Positions 37,501 through 47,800 of a stretch of 64,000 nucleotides of DNA are shown here, piece by piece; positions within the stretch are counted from its first letter, which is position 1, and every line of letters begins with the position of its first letter. Location: the NCBI GenBank assembly GCA_910588025.1, contig CAJUQG010000003.1:8114-72113 (forward strand), written 5' to 3'. A program made the position numbers and the translations under genes. This DNA is from an uncultured Bacilli bacterium (lineage in GTDB: Bacteria; Bacillota_I; Bacilli_A; RF39; UBA660). The notes below the pieces were generated by a model. The model was not told where the DNA came from. It searched no databases and worked only from the letters and a program-made list of their open reading frames with translations.

Positions 37501-40500
37501 TGGAAGTTGTTGAGACTGGAACACTTACGGTGTAAGACGTAATGCCATCACCAAAAGACGGTGACCAAGAACCAATATCTGATTTAGTATCAGGGTCTAA
37601 AATGGAAATGGATTCTAAGTAAGCATTGCTACTTAATTCTCGTGTAATTTGCATGGTGTATTCTTTTTCTGTTCCATCTTCTGCAGTTACAGTAAATTTG
37701 TGAGTATTTACATTTGAAGTAATTTCATCATCTGTTTTTAATGCTGTTTCATTCATTGTAACTTTAGCTTGGGTATCATTGTCACCTGGAAGAGTTGGAA
37801 CGGTTACTAAGACATTGGTGCTATTTGCAACATTCACCTTATTTGGAACGGTAATTTCATAGCGATTATTAGCAGCATTCCATGTTGCGATATGGTCAAC
37901 CCCATCATACTTCATGGCTACGCCATTTTCTCCTACTGTAACATCACTGCTTGCATTTCTTGTAATGTTAATGGTGTAGTCTTTATAAATACTTTTGTTA
38001 TGAGCAAATGCTCTAATTACAAAGGTATTGGTATAAATATTTCCACTATCATAGGTTGTACCATGGTAAATGGTTTCAATATTTTTAGAACCAGTTCCAG
38101 AAGTCGTACCATTTTCTGTATCCATGCTAGTTGCATCAAGAAGAATCGTTGCTACACTATTTTCAAACATATTTAAATTATAAGTATAATTGGTGTCTTC
38201 GATTGCTTTGCTTGGGTCATTATCAAATGTTTCACCTGTTAAGTAATCATTAATTGGATTTCCGTCAATGGTAATCATAGATAATCTAGGTTCGGTATTA
38301 TCTTCTCTAGTAATGGTTAGGTTATAAATTTTTGGTACATTCATTTCAGAAGTTACTGTAATCGTTACTAAATTATTTCCATATGCAAGATTCGTTACAT
38401 CAAAACTAATGTCACTTGCTGCAGCTCCTGTATATTTGTTACTTGTTATTTTCGCTGTACCATCTTGAGCTTTGATGTGTAATGATACGGTTGTTTGAGA
38501 GCTTGGAACTGTAATAGAACGATTTGGAGTTACTTTATCATTCCCTAAAATATCTACTAGAGTTTCACTATTGGCATTTGTTTCTAGTAAGTCTAATAAG
38601 TTGTTTGATGATTTTTGACGTTTTACTACGACAGTATAGTCTTTACTTGGTGCAGTTTCATCTTCTGGTTGAACGGTTAGAATTCTATTTTGAGTCGAAT
38701 CACTAGCATCAGAAGTCATGGTATATTCTGTTGTATTATCTGGTGATACTGTAGCACCATCTGGTAATACCGCTTCTAAACGATATTTTGAAGTACCAGT
38801 TGGAACCTCAATCGTACAACTTGTATTAGCTCCTGTATATTCACAGAATCTTGAAGATGTTTGTTCATCTCCGAGATAAAGATTTACACGAGTTATCGTA
38901 TTGTTCGTCGACTTTTTTCGCGTAATGATGATGTGATACGTTTTGGTTTCACCATTTTCAGCTGTTACTAAATAATCAAAGGTGTTATCTGTAGAAGTTT
39001 GAAGATTTAAAGTACCTGTAGTAATAGCAGTTGCTTTGGAAGTTGTTTCGCTTGTAGTAATTTTAATATCACTCCATGTTACTGTTGTAATACTATTTTC
39101 TACTTCAACTTTGTAGGTAGAATTGGTAGCATCACTAGGGTCTAGGGTGGCAGTAACACCATGAACTTTTACGTCATCCGTATCAACACTGTTATTTGCT
39201 TCTTTATACATTTTTAAGGTATAGGTTTTTTGGTTACTTTTATCTTGGCTGTCAACGTTAATGGTAAAGGTATATTCATAGACAAATTGGTTTGTACCAG
39301 TAGGAACTAATTCCTTGTCATTATAAGATGTTAAATCAATGGAACCAATATTTCCTGTTACCGTTGATTCGCTATGTGATTTGTCATATTCAATATTTAT
39401 ACTTGTTGTGTTATAAGGAAGTGGATTGGTTTTGGTAGATAATTCATAGCTATCTTTTGTTTTATTAAATTCAGGAATTAAGGTTGGAGTTGAGCCATTA
39501 TACCCGACACGAATTTGATTTAATAAGGCATCATTGGACATTTTTCTGGTAATCACAATTTCATAGTCGATTGGTTGACCATTTTCTGCTTCGATGTGAA
39601 CTTTTACGGTATTTGGTCCATATTTTAAATCAGATACGGTATTATTTGTAAAGGTAAGTCCAGTGTCTCCAAGTAGAGATGTACTTCTTACATTATCATC
39701 TTGCGTTTCATAATTTATGGTAACACTTGTAATTTCTGGGTCTACTTCGGCGGTATAACCAGTGGTTTTGGTTGGAGAAAATGTTTCTTTAATTCCGGTA
39801 CCTGGTGTTACACTTAAGCTTTTTAATAAGTTATTGGAAGAAGTTAGTCTAGTAAAATCGATTTTATAGACACGATTAGAACCATCTTCGGCGGTAACAA
39901 TTACTCCTACTTTAGTTGTTGTTTTTGGAAAAGTTTTAGAATCTGTATTTAATACTTTATTTGAAGTATCTACGGTTTCACTTGTACTCATATCAATGAT
40001 ACTTACTGATGCTTTATTGGTATCTTTAACGGTTGCACTTATAGTAATATCTCCGACATTTGCAGGGAAGGTATAGGTATAATTTCCCATACTCGCATCA
40101 AAGGTATTTACGAAATTTGGTGCAAGTGTTCCTGTTGGAGTTGATGTGATTGTTAAACCATTTGTAGCAGCTAATAAGTTATCATTGGATAAACGATGAA
40201 TGTGAATAATATATTCTTTTTTGGTTACTCCATCTTCAGCGGTAACGGTTACTTTAATGCTATTATCTCCTACAACAAGGTTTTGAGTAGCATTGCCATC
40301 ATCACCGATTTTTACAGTGCTTAAAGAGTCTGCTACCGTTGCCGTGATGTTTACATTTGTTTTATTGGCCGCAACATCTGCGATTGTAAATTCTTTTTTT
40401 TCTGGGTCATTTACAGGATCAAAACCAGGTACAGTTACGCCATCTACTTCTAATACGTTTAAATTAACATTTTTAGATGGAGCAGTACGAATGATTTCAA

Positions 40501-41806
40501 ACGGATAAGACTTGGTTGTACAATTGGTATTTCCAGGAATCGTTGCATATTCTGCTTTACATTCTTCTGATTTCACTAAAATTGTATAATTGTTTGTTGT
40601 ATCTGTATTACCATTGGAATTAATTGTCCAAGACCCAATTGGAGCATCTAAAAAAGCATTGGCATCTGTTAAAGTTACGGTGATATCAGAAGATGCTGTT
40701 TTATAAGGAACAGTAATCGAATTGGCAGTATCATTGATATTATTAAATGCTATTCCATTGGTTCCTGTTACACTTGTAATAGAGGTATCATTAGACAAAC
40801 GTTTTACATCTATTTTGTAAATGGTTGTATCTCCAGATTCAGCAGTTACGACAATGTTAATGGTGTTATCCCCTACATTTAACGTATGATTACCTGGGTT
40901 ATCTCCACTTGGAGTTTCAAGTGGTCCGCTTAAGACATTCATATTGGTAATATTTTTGACACTAGCATCCGTTGGTGTACCACTTAAGACGATAGAATCG
41001 ACGGCATTTGGTACAGCAAAGGAATATTCTAAATCTGTATCTGAATCTGGAACAAAGCTAAATGGATAATCTAAATTATTACTTCCTGTTGCAGTTAATG
41101 TATTTAGTGTTCCAATTTTAGAAACGTTAGATGCTACAGTTAAAACTAAGTCATTAAATGTAGCATCACCTTTGATTTCTATATTTTCTGGATTTGATAA
41201 AGTTGCCATCGTTTTATCAAAAGAAATAGTAATATTTTCTCCTGATGAAACGTTATCTGATACTGTATAGTATAAAGCTAGGATAGTTCCTTCTTTTACT
41301 AGTGGTGTTTCTACTTGATCGTCCATAATCTCTGAAACAGCACTTTCTAATCCATTTTTATTTAAGAATGTTGGATCTGATATGGTCCAAGCTGTTCTTG
41401 TTGAACTTCCACTCTTTAACGGAAAAATGGCGTTTGGATTTTTACTTGAAGCTGGTGAATCATTTAAATTATATAAATTTGTATTTAAGCTAATTTGGGA
41501 AGGGTCTGAATCTATTTTTAGTCTCATATACACTAGTTCTGAGTCACTAGATGGTCTAATGTGAAGAAGAACCATTATCTTCATTCCTTTTTCAACTTGG
41601 GAATTTGTAATTAGATATTGGTCTAAATCGCCATCTAATGCTCTTTCAAAGCATTCAAATGCAGCATCTTCTGAATCCATACAAGTTTCACTTGTTACAT
41701 TGTATGGAACAAAACTATAGTCATAACTTGCAGCATTTACATTTTTTATGCCTAGAGCCATTCCTAATATAATTCCTAATACAATTATTATTTTGTTTTT
41801 TTTCAT
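34511..41806 (-). CDS. giant (~2431 aa) secreted dockerin-bearing protein composed of ~20 cadherin-like beta-sandwich repeats
   Basis: Signal peptide, long array of ~95-aa repeats with the (A/S)-LK-L...P-F-----Y...TAEDG---K-Y consensus. C-terminal duplicated dockerin GDVNGDGIIDPLDSGKIINHYL...GDINIDGEIDPLDSGKVINHYL. ATG 41806 with AGGAG RBS (41815 is GTG). Confidence 0.8.
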   Translation of the reverse strand: MKKNKIIIVLGIILGMALGIKNVNAASYDYSFVPYNVTSETCMDSEDAAFECFERALDGDLDQYLITNSQVEKGMKIMVLLHIRPSSDSELVYMRLKIDSDPSQISLNTNLYNLNDSPASSKNPNAIFPLKSGSSTRTAWTISDPTFLNKNGLESAVSEIMDDQVETPLVKEGTILALYYTVSDNVSSGENITISFDKTMATLSNPENIEIKGDATFNDLVLTVASNVSKIGTLNTLTATGSNNLDYPFSFVPDSDTDLEYSFAVPNAVDSIVLSGTPTDASVKNITNMNVLSGPLETPSGDNPGNHTLNVGDNTINIVVTAESGDTTIYKIDVKRLSNDTSITSVTGTNGIAFNNINDTANSITVPYKTASSDITVTLTDANAFLDAPIGSWTINSNGNTDTTNNYTILVKSEECKAEYATIPGNTNCTTKSYPFEIIRTAPSKNVNLNVLEVDGVTVPGFDPVNDPEKKEFTIADVAANKTNVNITATVADSLSTVKIGDDGNATQNLVVGDNSIKVTVTAEDGVTKKEYIIHIHRLSNDNLLAATNGLTITSTPTGTLAPNFVNTFDASMGNYTYTFPANVGDITISATVKDTNKASVSIIDMSTSETVDTSNKVLNTDSKTFPKTTTKVGVIVTAEDGSNRVYKIDFTRLTSSNNLLKSLSVTPGTGIKETFSPTKTTGYTAEVDPEITSVTINYETQDDNVRSTSLLGDTGLTFTNNTVSDLKYGPNTVKVHIEAENGQPIDYEIVITRKMSNDALLNQIRVGYNGSTPTLIPEFNKTKDSYELSTKTNPLPYNTTSINIEYDKSHSESTVTGNIGSIDLTSYNDKELVPTGTNQFVYEYTFTINVDSQDKSNQKTYTLKMYKEANNSVDTDDVKVHGVTATLDPSDATNSTYKVEVENSITTVTWSDIKITTSETTSKATAITTGTLNLQTSTDNTFDYLVTAENGETKTYHIIITRKKSTNNTITRVNLYLGDEQTSSRFCEYTGANTSCTIEVPTGTSKYRLEAVLPDGATVSPDNTTEYTMTSDASDSTQNRILTVQPEDETAPSKDYTVVVKRQKSSNNLLDLLETNANSETLVDILGNDKVTPNRSITVPSSQTTVSLHIKAQDGTAKITSNKYTGAAASDISFDVTNLAYGNNLVTITVTSEMNVPKIYNLTITREDNTEPRLSMITIDGNPINDYLTGETFDNDPSKAIEDTNYTYNLNMFENSVATILLDATSMDTENGTTSGTGSKNIETIYHGTTYDSGNIYTNTFVIRAFAHNKSIYKDYTINITRNASSDVTVGENGVAMKYDGVDHIATWNAANNRYEITVPNKVNVANSTNVLVTVPTLPGDNDTQAKVTMNETALKTDDEITSNVNTHKFTVTAEDGTEKEYTMQITRELSSNAYLESISILDPDTKSDIGSWSPSFGDGITSYTVSVPVSTTSIQIDAELGEAHQKIKDGDLKTVTLASSDETFTIEVTAENGKKETYTLKILREQSRVNSLKSLKIKDTEGNEFVVNAHASQLNRFTVTIPGTVDKVIFDAVSDSALAQIEYLGVDAGTSDTYSISTGTVTKEFTITSESGIEAKYYVEIIKLPKTDATLKKLAYKFNMSDTETEITLQDGVYEYTIPDVGNEIKNIIISGETTDTDASITSGNTTHSLNTGENTIEIHTVAEDTTKTLTYKIKVNRAKNGNAYLKTLTVGTYTFEEAIDFENTKNYTINVEETKEKLLASEILAEAVEPTSTVTLEDNDLELVTGDNIYHITVKAENDTEEHYTITVKKPASTNATLKEVKLNVGSLKETLSPTNDTYTIVVPFGTTSIDIEGIPSIAAATVDGNGTFNVADTPIILTVHPEDTNAPDKTYTFNIEISASDEATLNTLSVDEYPFTDGTNEVTFESEKENYSIGNIFQAVDKLHINAGKTNTNATVSYYYDNNEITSCHDASSCEITLDSALGAKNVEVRVLAADKIATKTYTISYTKVNSFNNNLSNIEAFDKENNALSLSEPFKPEVKTYKISIPNDLDTVRLNVTKEDNTSTVTMNGEEVLTKTFSSLAVGKTTVTIVVTAQNGDEETYTVDIERADYTASNDASLTDLKVMDVTDTTKEYALTPNFGSAADNHYSIGDIPYNLASLKIEASLSDTLASIKYYVNDVEQSSSTVNLPNTSGTIKVEVTAEDNTTKTTYEIAYTKTPSNNAFLSNITVGAGTLTPSFGKEVYEYTVDLSNDLNTIDFIATSEHSGALIKINGEDYVSGSTKTLDNLPVGETSVTIVVTAEDGNSETYVVKINRVDVVEEKITSITFGHTINDDYILSVTDEIAPSELKDQLDNENSKLFIYQEDGITEIAEDEYVGTGMVIKLIIDGVEKDSKTIVVLGDVNGDGIIDPLDSGKIINHYLERTELLNAYAIAGDINIDGEIDPLDSGKVINHYLERSFIHPRPIE

Positions 41807-41881
41807 AATATACACTCCTATATCATATTCACCCTATTGTTGTCATTATAACATATTTATTTTTATTATTCTATTTATTTT

Positions 41882-44800
41882 TTAATTTACTGAGTCTATT
41901 TTCATTTGCATGTATCTTTGGAGTTTTACGCGGTCTGGTCCTGTCACTTCTTTATCATTTGTTACATCTGCTGCTATCATTTCTATTTCTTCTAATTCTA
42001 CTTTCATTTGCATGTATCTTTGAAGTCTTACTCGATCTGGTCCTGTTATGTATCCATCTCCTGTTAAGTCTCCTTTTACTACTATGATTAATTCATCATA
42101 ACAAACATCTTCTACAATTAGTTTTATTTTCATGAATGTTGATGCAATTATAGTTTCTTTATCTACTTCATTTCCTTCTTTATCATAGACATATAATGTA
42201 GTAGTTTCATTTTCAAAATTATTTAGATAGTCTTTTAGTAAAATACCTGGTTCTGATCCATATGTATATTCTAGTTTACTTCCATCTTCTTTTTCTTTTC
42301 TTTCTATTTGATAGACACTACTTGTTATTTTCTTTCTGATTACTTTAACTTCAATACTTGCTTTGATATTTTCATCATAATTACTTATTACATGAATGGT
42401 AGTTGTTCCATAACCAACACCTGTGATATTACCAAATTCATCAACACTTGCAATTGTTTCATCATCACTCATCCATTTTACTTCTGTAAATGAAGTATTG
42501 ATTGGATTTAGGGTATAAGTCATTTGTTTTAACTCACCAACATCTAGTAAGATTCTTGTTTCACTTGGAGTGATACTTTCTAAATCAAAGTTATTATCAA
42601 TTGTAATATTTAAAGTATATTCTTTTGAAGTAGTGCCATCTTCACTTGTCACTTTGATGATAAATTTATTTTCTCCACCACTTATTTCTACGGACGCATT
42701 GATATCTTGTGGTGTTGGCAAAATATCACTTGCAGTTACTGTCATGGTATTTGGAATCATCCAATTATAGGTGAAGTTTTCAGAGGCAAAACTATTTTCT
42801 AATTTACCTTGTTTTACTTCTAAGTTATCTAATAGAGCATTACTTCCCTTTTCTCTTGTTACCAGTATTTTATAAGTTTGTTTGGTGAATCCATCTTTCG
42901 CTGTTACAGTGATGACAAATTCATTGGTATTAGTCGTTGATAATTTTAAACTTTCGCTTAATTTAATCGTTGCAGATTCATCTTGTGGTGTTGCAATGAT
43001 TTCACTTGGTAAGAGAAATTTTTTACTATTTGGTACCGTTAGGTGATATTCGAAAATATCAGCATCAAAGTCTTCTATAAATGGATACCCTGTTACTTCT
43101 AGGAAAGATAATTTTGCATTGTCTTCTCTATTTTTATTTACAGTAATTGTAATCGTTCTAGTATCGCCATTTTCTGCTTCAATTACAATTTCTCTTGTAC
43201 TGGTACCGTCTGGTACTATTTCAGCTTCTACTCCTGTTACTTTCGCAAATTCTTGTTCTGTAATAACATCAAAAGATAACACAGAAGCAGAACTATCTAA
43301 ATTGATAGTATAAGAAGTTTCTTCATAAGAGAAAGATGGTTCTAACTCTCCAATGCTTGGAATTAAGCTAATTAAATGATTGTTATCACTAGATTCTCTG
43401 GTAATATGAATCGTAATATTTTTTGTTTCTCCAGCTTCACTGGTTACAGTTAGAACAAAGTCATTTAATCCAGCATGAAGATCTTTTTCTCCATCCCCAG
43501 TAACGGTGGTTGGGTCAGTGACCTCTGCATCAATCGTGACATTCGTTGTTCCAATTGGAACATTTACATTGTATTCTAAGGTATCAGGATTGAAGGTTGG
43601 ATTTAATTCATAAGTGGTCATACCACTTCGAACTACTAAATTATCTAAAGATAATATATCACTAGGTGCACGATTTACGGTGACATAATATTTTCTTATG
43701 ACTCCAGTAGTAGAAGTGACTGTAATTACTATTTTGTTTTCTCCTACATTCAGTTCATATTCTCCAAGTCCTGTAACGATGGCACTGGCATCACTAGACT
43801 CTCCAAAGATTTCTATGTTACGAACATTATTTAAAACATCAATTGAATACTCTAGTGTTTTCTTGTCAAAGTCAGGAGTTACATCTCCTTCTGAGGTATA
43901 TAAGTAATCTAAGAAGGTTGTAGCATATTTTTGTTTTGTAACATTTAAGGTATAGATTTCTTTTGTTTGATTATCGGAAGCAGTAACCTCAATAGTGACA
44001 ATATTATCACCTACTACTAAATTTTCATTTCCTGTCACTTTGTAAGTTGCATTTGCATCTTTTGGAATTACAGTTAAATCTAGAGTATCGGTTTCATAAT
44101 TCACTAATAAATCATAGTGATTAATATAAGAGTTAAATTCAAAAGGATAATTTTTTACTTTTAAGTCTTCTAGTAAAGCACTCGAAATACTTTTTCTAGT
44201 TACATTTAGGGTAATGGTATTTGTTGTACCATCTTGGGCTGTAACAATAATGAAAACAGTATTATTTCCTACTTCTAAATGATTGTTTTTGATTTCATAA
44301 GTAGAAGTATCACTTTCTAAAATCACAGTTATATCTAACTCTTCTTCTTCGTTTTCTACCACTACATCATAAGTACTTACATGAGTATTGAATTCTGGGG
44401 TCATGGTACCATTATGAACGATTAAATCTGATAAATTATTCATATTACTTTCTTCTTTGGTTAGTAAAATGGTATAAGCTTTTTTAGTTCCAATTTCACT
44501 AGTAACCTCAACAATTAACTGATTTAATCCAACATTTATTGTTTTCGTACCAGTTCCTGTTATTACTGCGGTATCGCTTTCTGCAGTAGCTTCAATCATC
44601 ACACTATTTACATCATTTGGAACTGTTAGGGTATATAACGTTACGCCTTTATTAAATTCTGGAGTAAGTGTGTATCCTAGTACTTCTAAAGATGCTAAGT
44701 TGTTATTTTTATTTGGATTTTTCGTAACATGAATGGTATAAATTTTTTTCGAAATTCCATCTGGTGCTGTTACTTCAATTATTACTTCATAATCTTTATT

Positions 44801-47800
44801 TTCTGTAAATTGATTACCGATTATCTGGTAGTTCGCATCTTTTTCCATTGGAAGAATGGATTCAAAATCTAATTCTTTTTTGGTCGTTGTCGTTGTGTAA
44901 GTATAAGTATCTGTATCAAAGTTTGGACTTAACATATCATCTTTTAGTGATAAACTTTTTAATCTAGCATCATCACTTGGAGCACGTGTTATCACAATTT
45001 GATAGTCTCTTATTTTTCCTTCGGTACTTAATACACGAATTAAAATAGTATTTTTGCCAACTTCTAAGTGATATTCTCCGTTTCCACTTACGATGGCTTC
45101 GGTATCTTCACTTGTTGCAGTAACATTCATTGTAGTTGTTTTATATGGAACGGATACTTCATAATATTGCAGTTCTTTTTTAAATTCAGGATCTAATGAG
45201 CCATTATCTAGTATTAAGCTAGCTAGGTAATCACTACCACTCACACTTTCTTGACGAGTTACTATTACAGTATAATCTTTGGTTTTTTGTGATTCACTCG
45301 TAACGCGAATGGTAACGGTGTTTTCTCCTACTTCAAAAGAATCGTTATTGATGATTTCAAAAGTAGCATTTTCATCTTCTGTTTCAATGTGGAAAGAGCC
45401 TTTTAATATTTCATAAGGAACTGAAACGGTATAATCTGTGATAGATGGTGAGAATTCTGGTGAAATTTCTCCTTCTTCTAATAATAAATATTTTAAATTT
45501 GCATTGTCCGATTTTTGCTTTTCAACTGTCAAAGTATAAGTAAGTGAGGTAGTATTATCTTCTGCTACTGTCGTAATAATAATATCAGTTGTAGAGTCCG
45601 TTAATTCGTATTCTCCATTTCCCATTACTTTTGTGGTTTTCATTTCTGGAGTAGCCATCACGGAAATCTTATTGGTTGTACTTGGTACTGTTAAAGTGTA
45701 AGTAAATTCTTGATGGTTGGTATTTGGTACCCAAACGCCTTCTGTGGTAGTTACTAAACTTAAGTAAGCATTATCCGATGGCTTTCGAATCACATTTAAT
45801 TCATATAATTTAATATCTCCTGTTTCTGAGATAACTGATAAAGAAATATTATTATTGCCAACTGCTAAAGCATATTTTCCATTCCCATTTAGTTTGGATA
45901 ATGGATTACTTTTTACACCTGTTACCGTAATGGATGAAATTTCATAAGGAAGTTCTACGGTATAAGATGTTTTTTCACGGTCGAATTCTGGATTTAAAGT
46001 ACCCTCTGATAATATAATATTTTCTAAGTAATTATCGTTATTAGCTGGGCGATTTATCACAACGTTATAGACTTTACTACTACCATCTTCGGCAATTGTC
46101 ATAATTCTTTTTAAATTTGGTCCCACTTTTAATTTATTATTGTCTAATAATTTATAAGTTGTAGTACTTACTTCGGTAGTTGCTAAGATGGTAATTTCAT
46201 TAATCCCTTCTTCTACATCTACTGAATACATTAGGGTATCTTTATCAAATTCTGGATCTAAAGAATAAGTTGTATCTCCATTTATTATAGAAATACTCTC
46301 TAAGTTGGTATTGTTATTTTTCTCTCTGGTAATTTCTAAGTAATAAGTTTCCGTTGTTCCTGTTTCGCTTGTTGTAATAATCTGAACATAGTTTACACCA
46401 ACAGATAATGTTTTTGTTCCTGTTCCCGTAATCTTAGTTGTATTTACCTCTGCAGCAGCTAAAATATCTACTGAATCAATATTATTTGGAACGGTTACTT
46501 GATAGGTTCCAGTATTAATATTTTGAAATTCTGGCATTAATTCATAAGTAATCGCATCTTTTTTTACTTGTAAGTTACTTAAATAAACGTTTTCATTTTT
46601 TTCACGATATACTTTTAGCGTATAAATTCCTGTTTCTCCATTTGATGATGTAACTGTAATGGTTACTTCATTTAATCCAACTTCAAAGTCTTTATTACCT
46701 GAAACGAAATAGGTTGCGTCTTCATCTTCTGTTTCAACATTCATTTGTTTAATTTTTGTATATTCATTTGGCACTGAGAAATAGTATTCGGTAATACTTG
46801 GATTAAAGTTTATTTCTCTTTCGGGATCAATAATCTCTAATTTTTTTAAATCAGTATTTCCAGCCATACTTCTCGTTACTTTATAATGATATTCTGTTGT
46901 TTTTGTTTTATCTTCGCTAGTTACGGTGATAACAATATCATTTTCTCCAGGATCTAGATTTACTTTTCCGTTTCCTGTCACCGTTTGATAAGGGTGCCCT
47001 TTGGTTACGGTAAACCATATTTGTTTAATATTTGAAGGAACTGTTACTTCATAAGTTAACGTGTCTTTGTCAAACGTTAAAGGATTTAAGACACAAAAAC
47101 TTGGATTTTTTGAACATAAGGAATCAACTAAACCATTTACTTCAATATTAATTGGAAAGGCATTATTACTTGCAGGTCTTGTGACATGAATGGTTATCGT
47201 TCTAATTGTGCCAGATTCTGCCATCACTTTAATTGGAAAGTCGGTAGTACCAGCTGGAACTTCAAAGGTTCCAAGACCATCGATTTTAGCAAAGTTATCT
47301 TCTGCTTTGGCAAGAAAGGTAATGCTTGTTTCTAGTTCATCTAACGTTACTGAGTATTCTAAACCTTCTAAATCAAAGGTTGGAGTGTAATTTTTAATAT
47401 TGGTTTCATTTGTGATTTCATTGGTTGCTGTAATATTTAGAGATGATAAAAAATTGTTTTCGCTTGGGAAACGAAGTGTTGAAATTCTGGCATGACCAGA
47501 CCCTTTTTTGGCATAGTTACGGGTAGGACTACTACTTACATTATTGGTTGAAATGGTTTTTGTTTTTATATCATTTGATGTAGCACATCCATAGCAATAA
47601 GTAGATTTTGTCACTGTGTCATATGATATTAGTTTGTCAGAACCGATGTAGGAAGAACCTCCTCCACCTGCTCCATGACCACGGTTTCCGCCACCTCCAC
47701 CAAAGTAGCCAGCACCTCCACCAGGTCCTCCATAAGTCATGTTACAGAAATTTCCTCCCTGACCAAAGTATCCACGTCCACAATTTTTATTGTTTCCAGT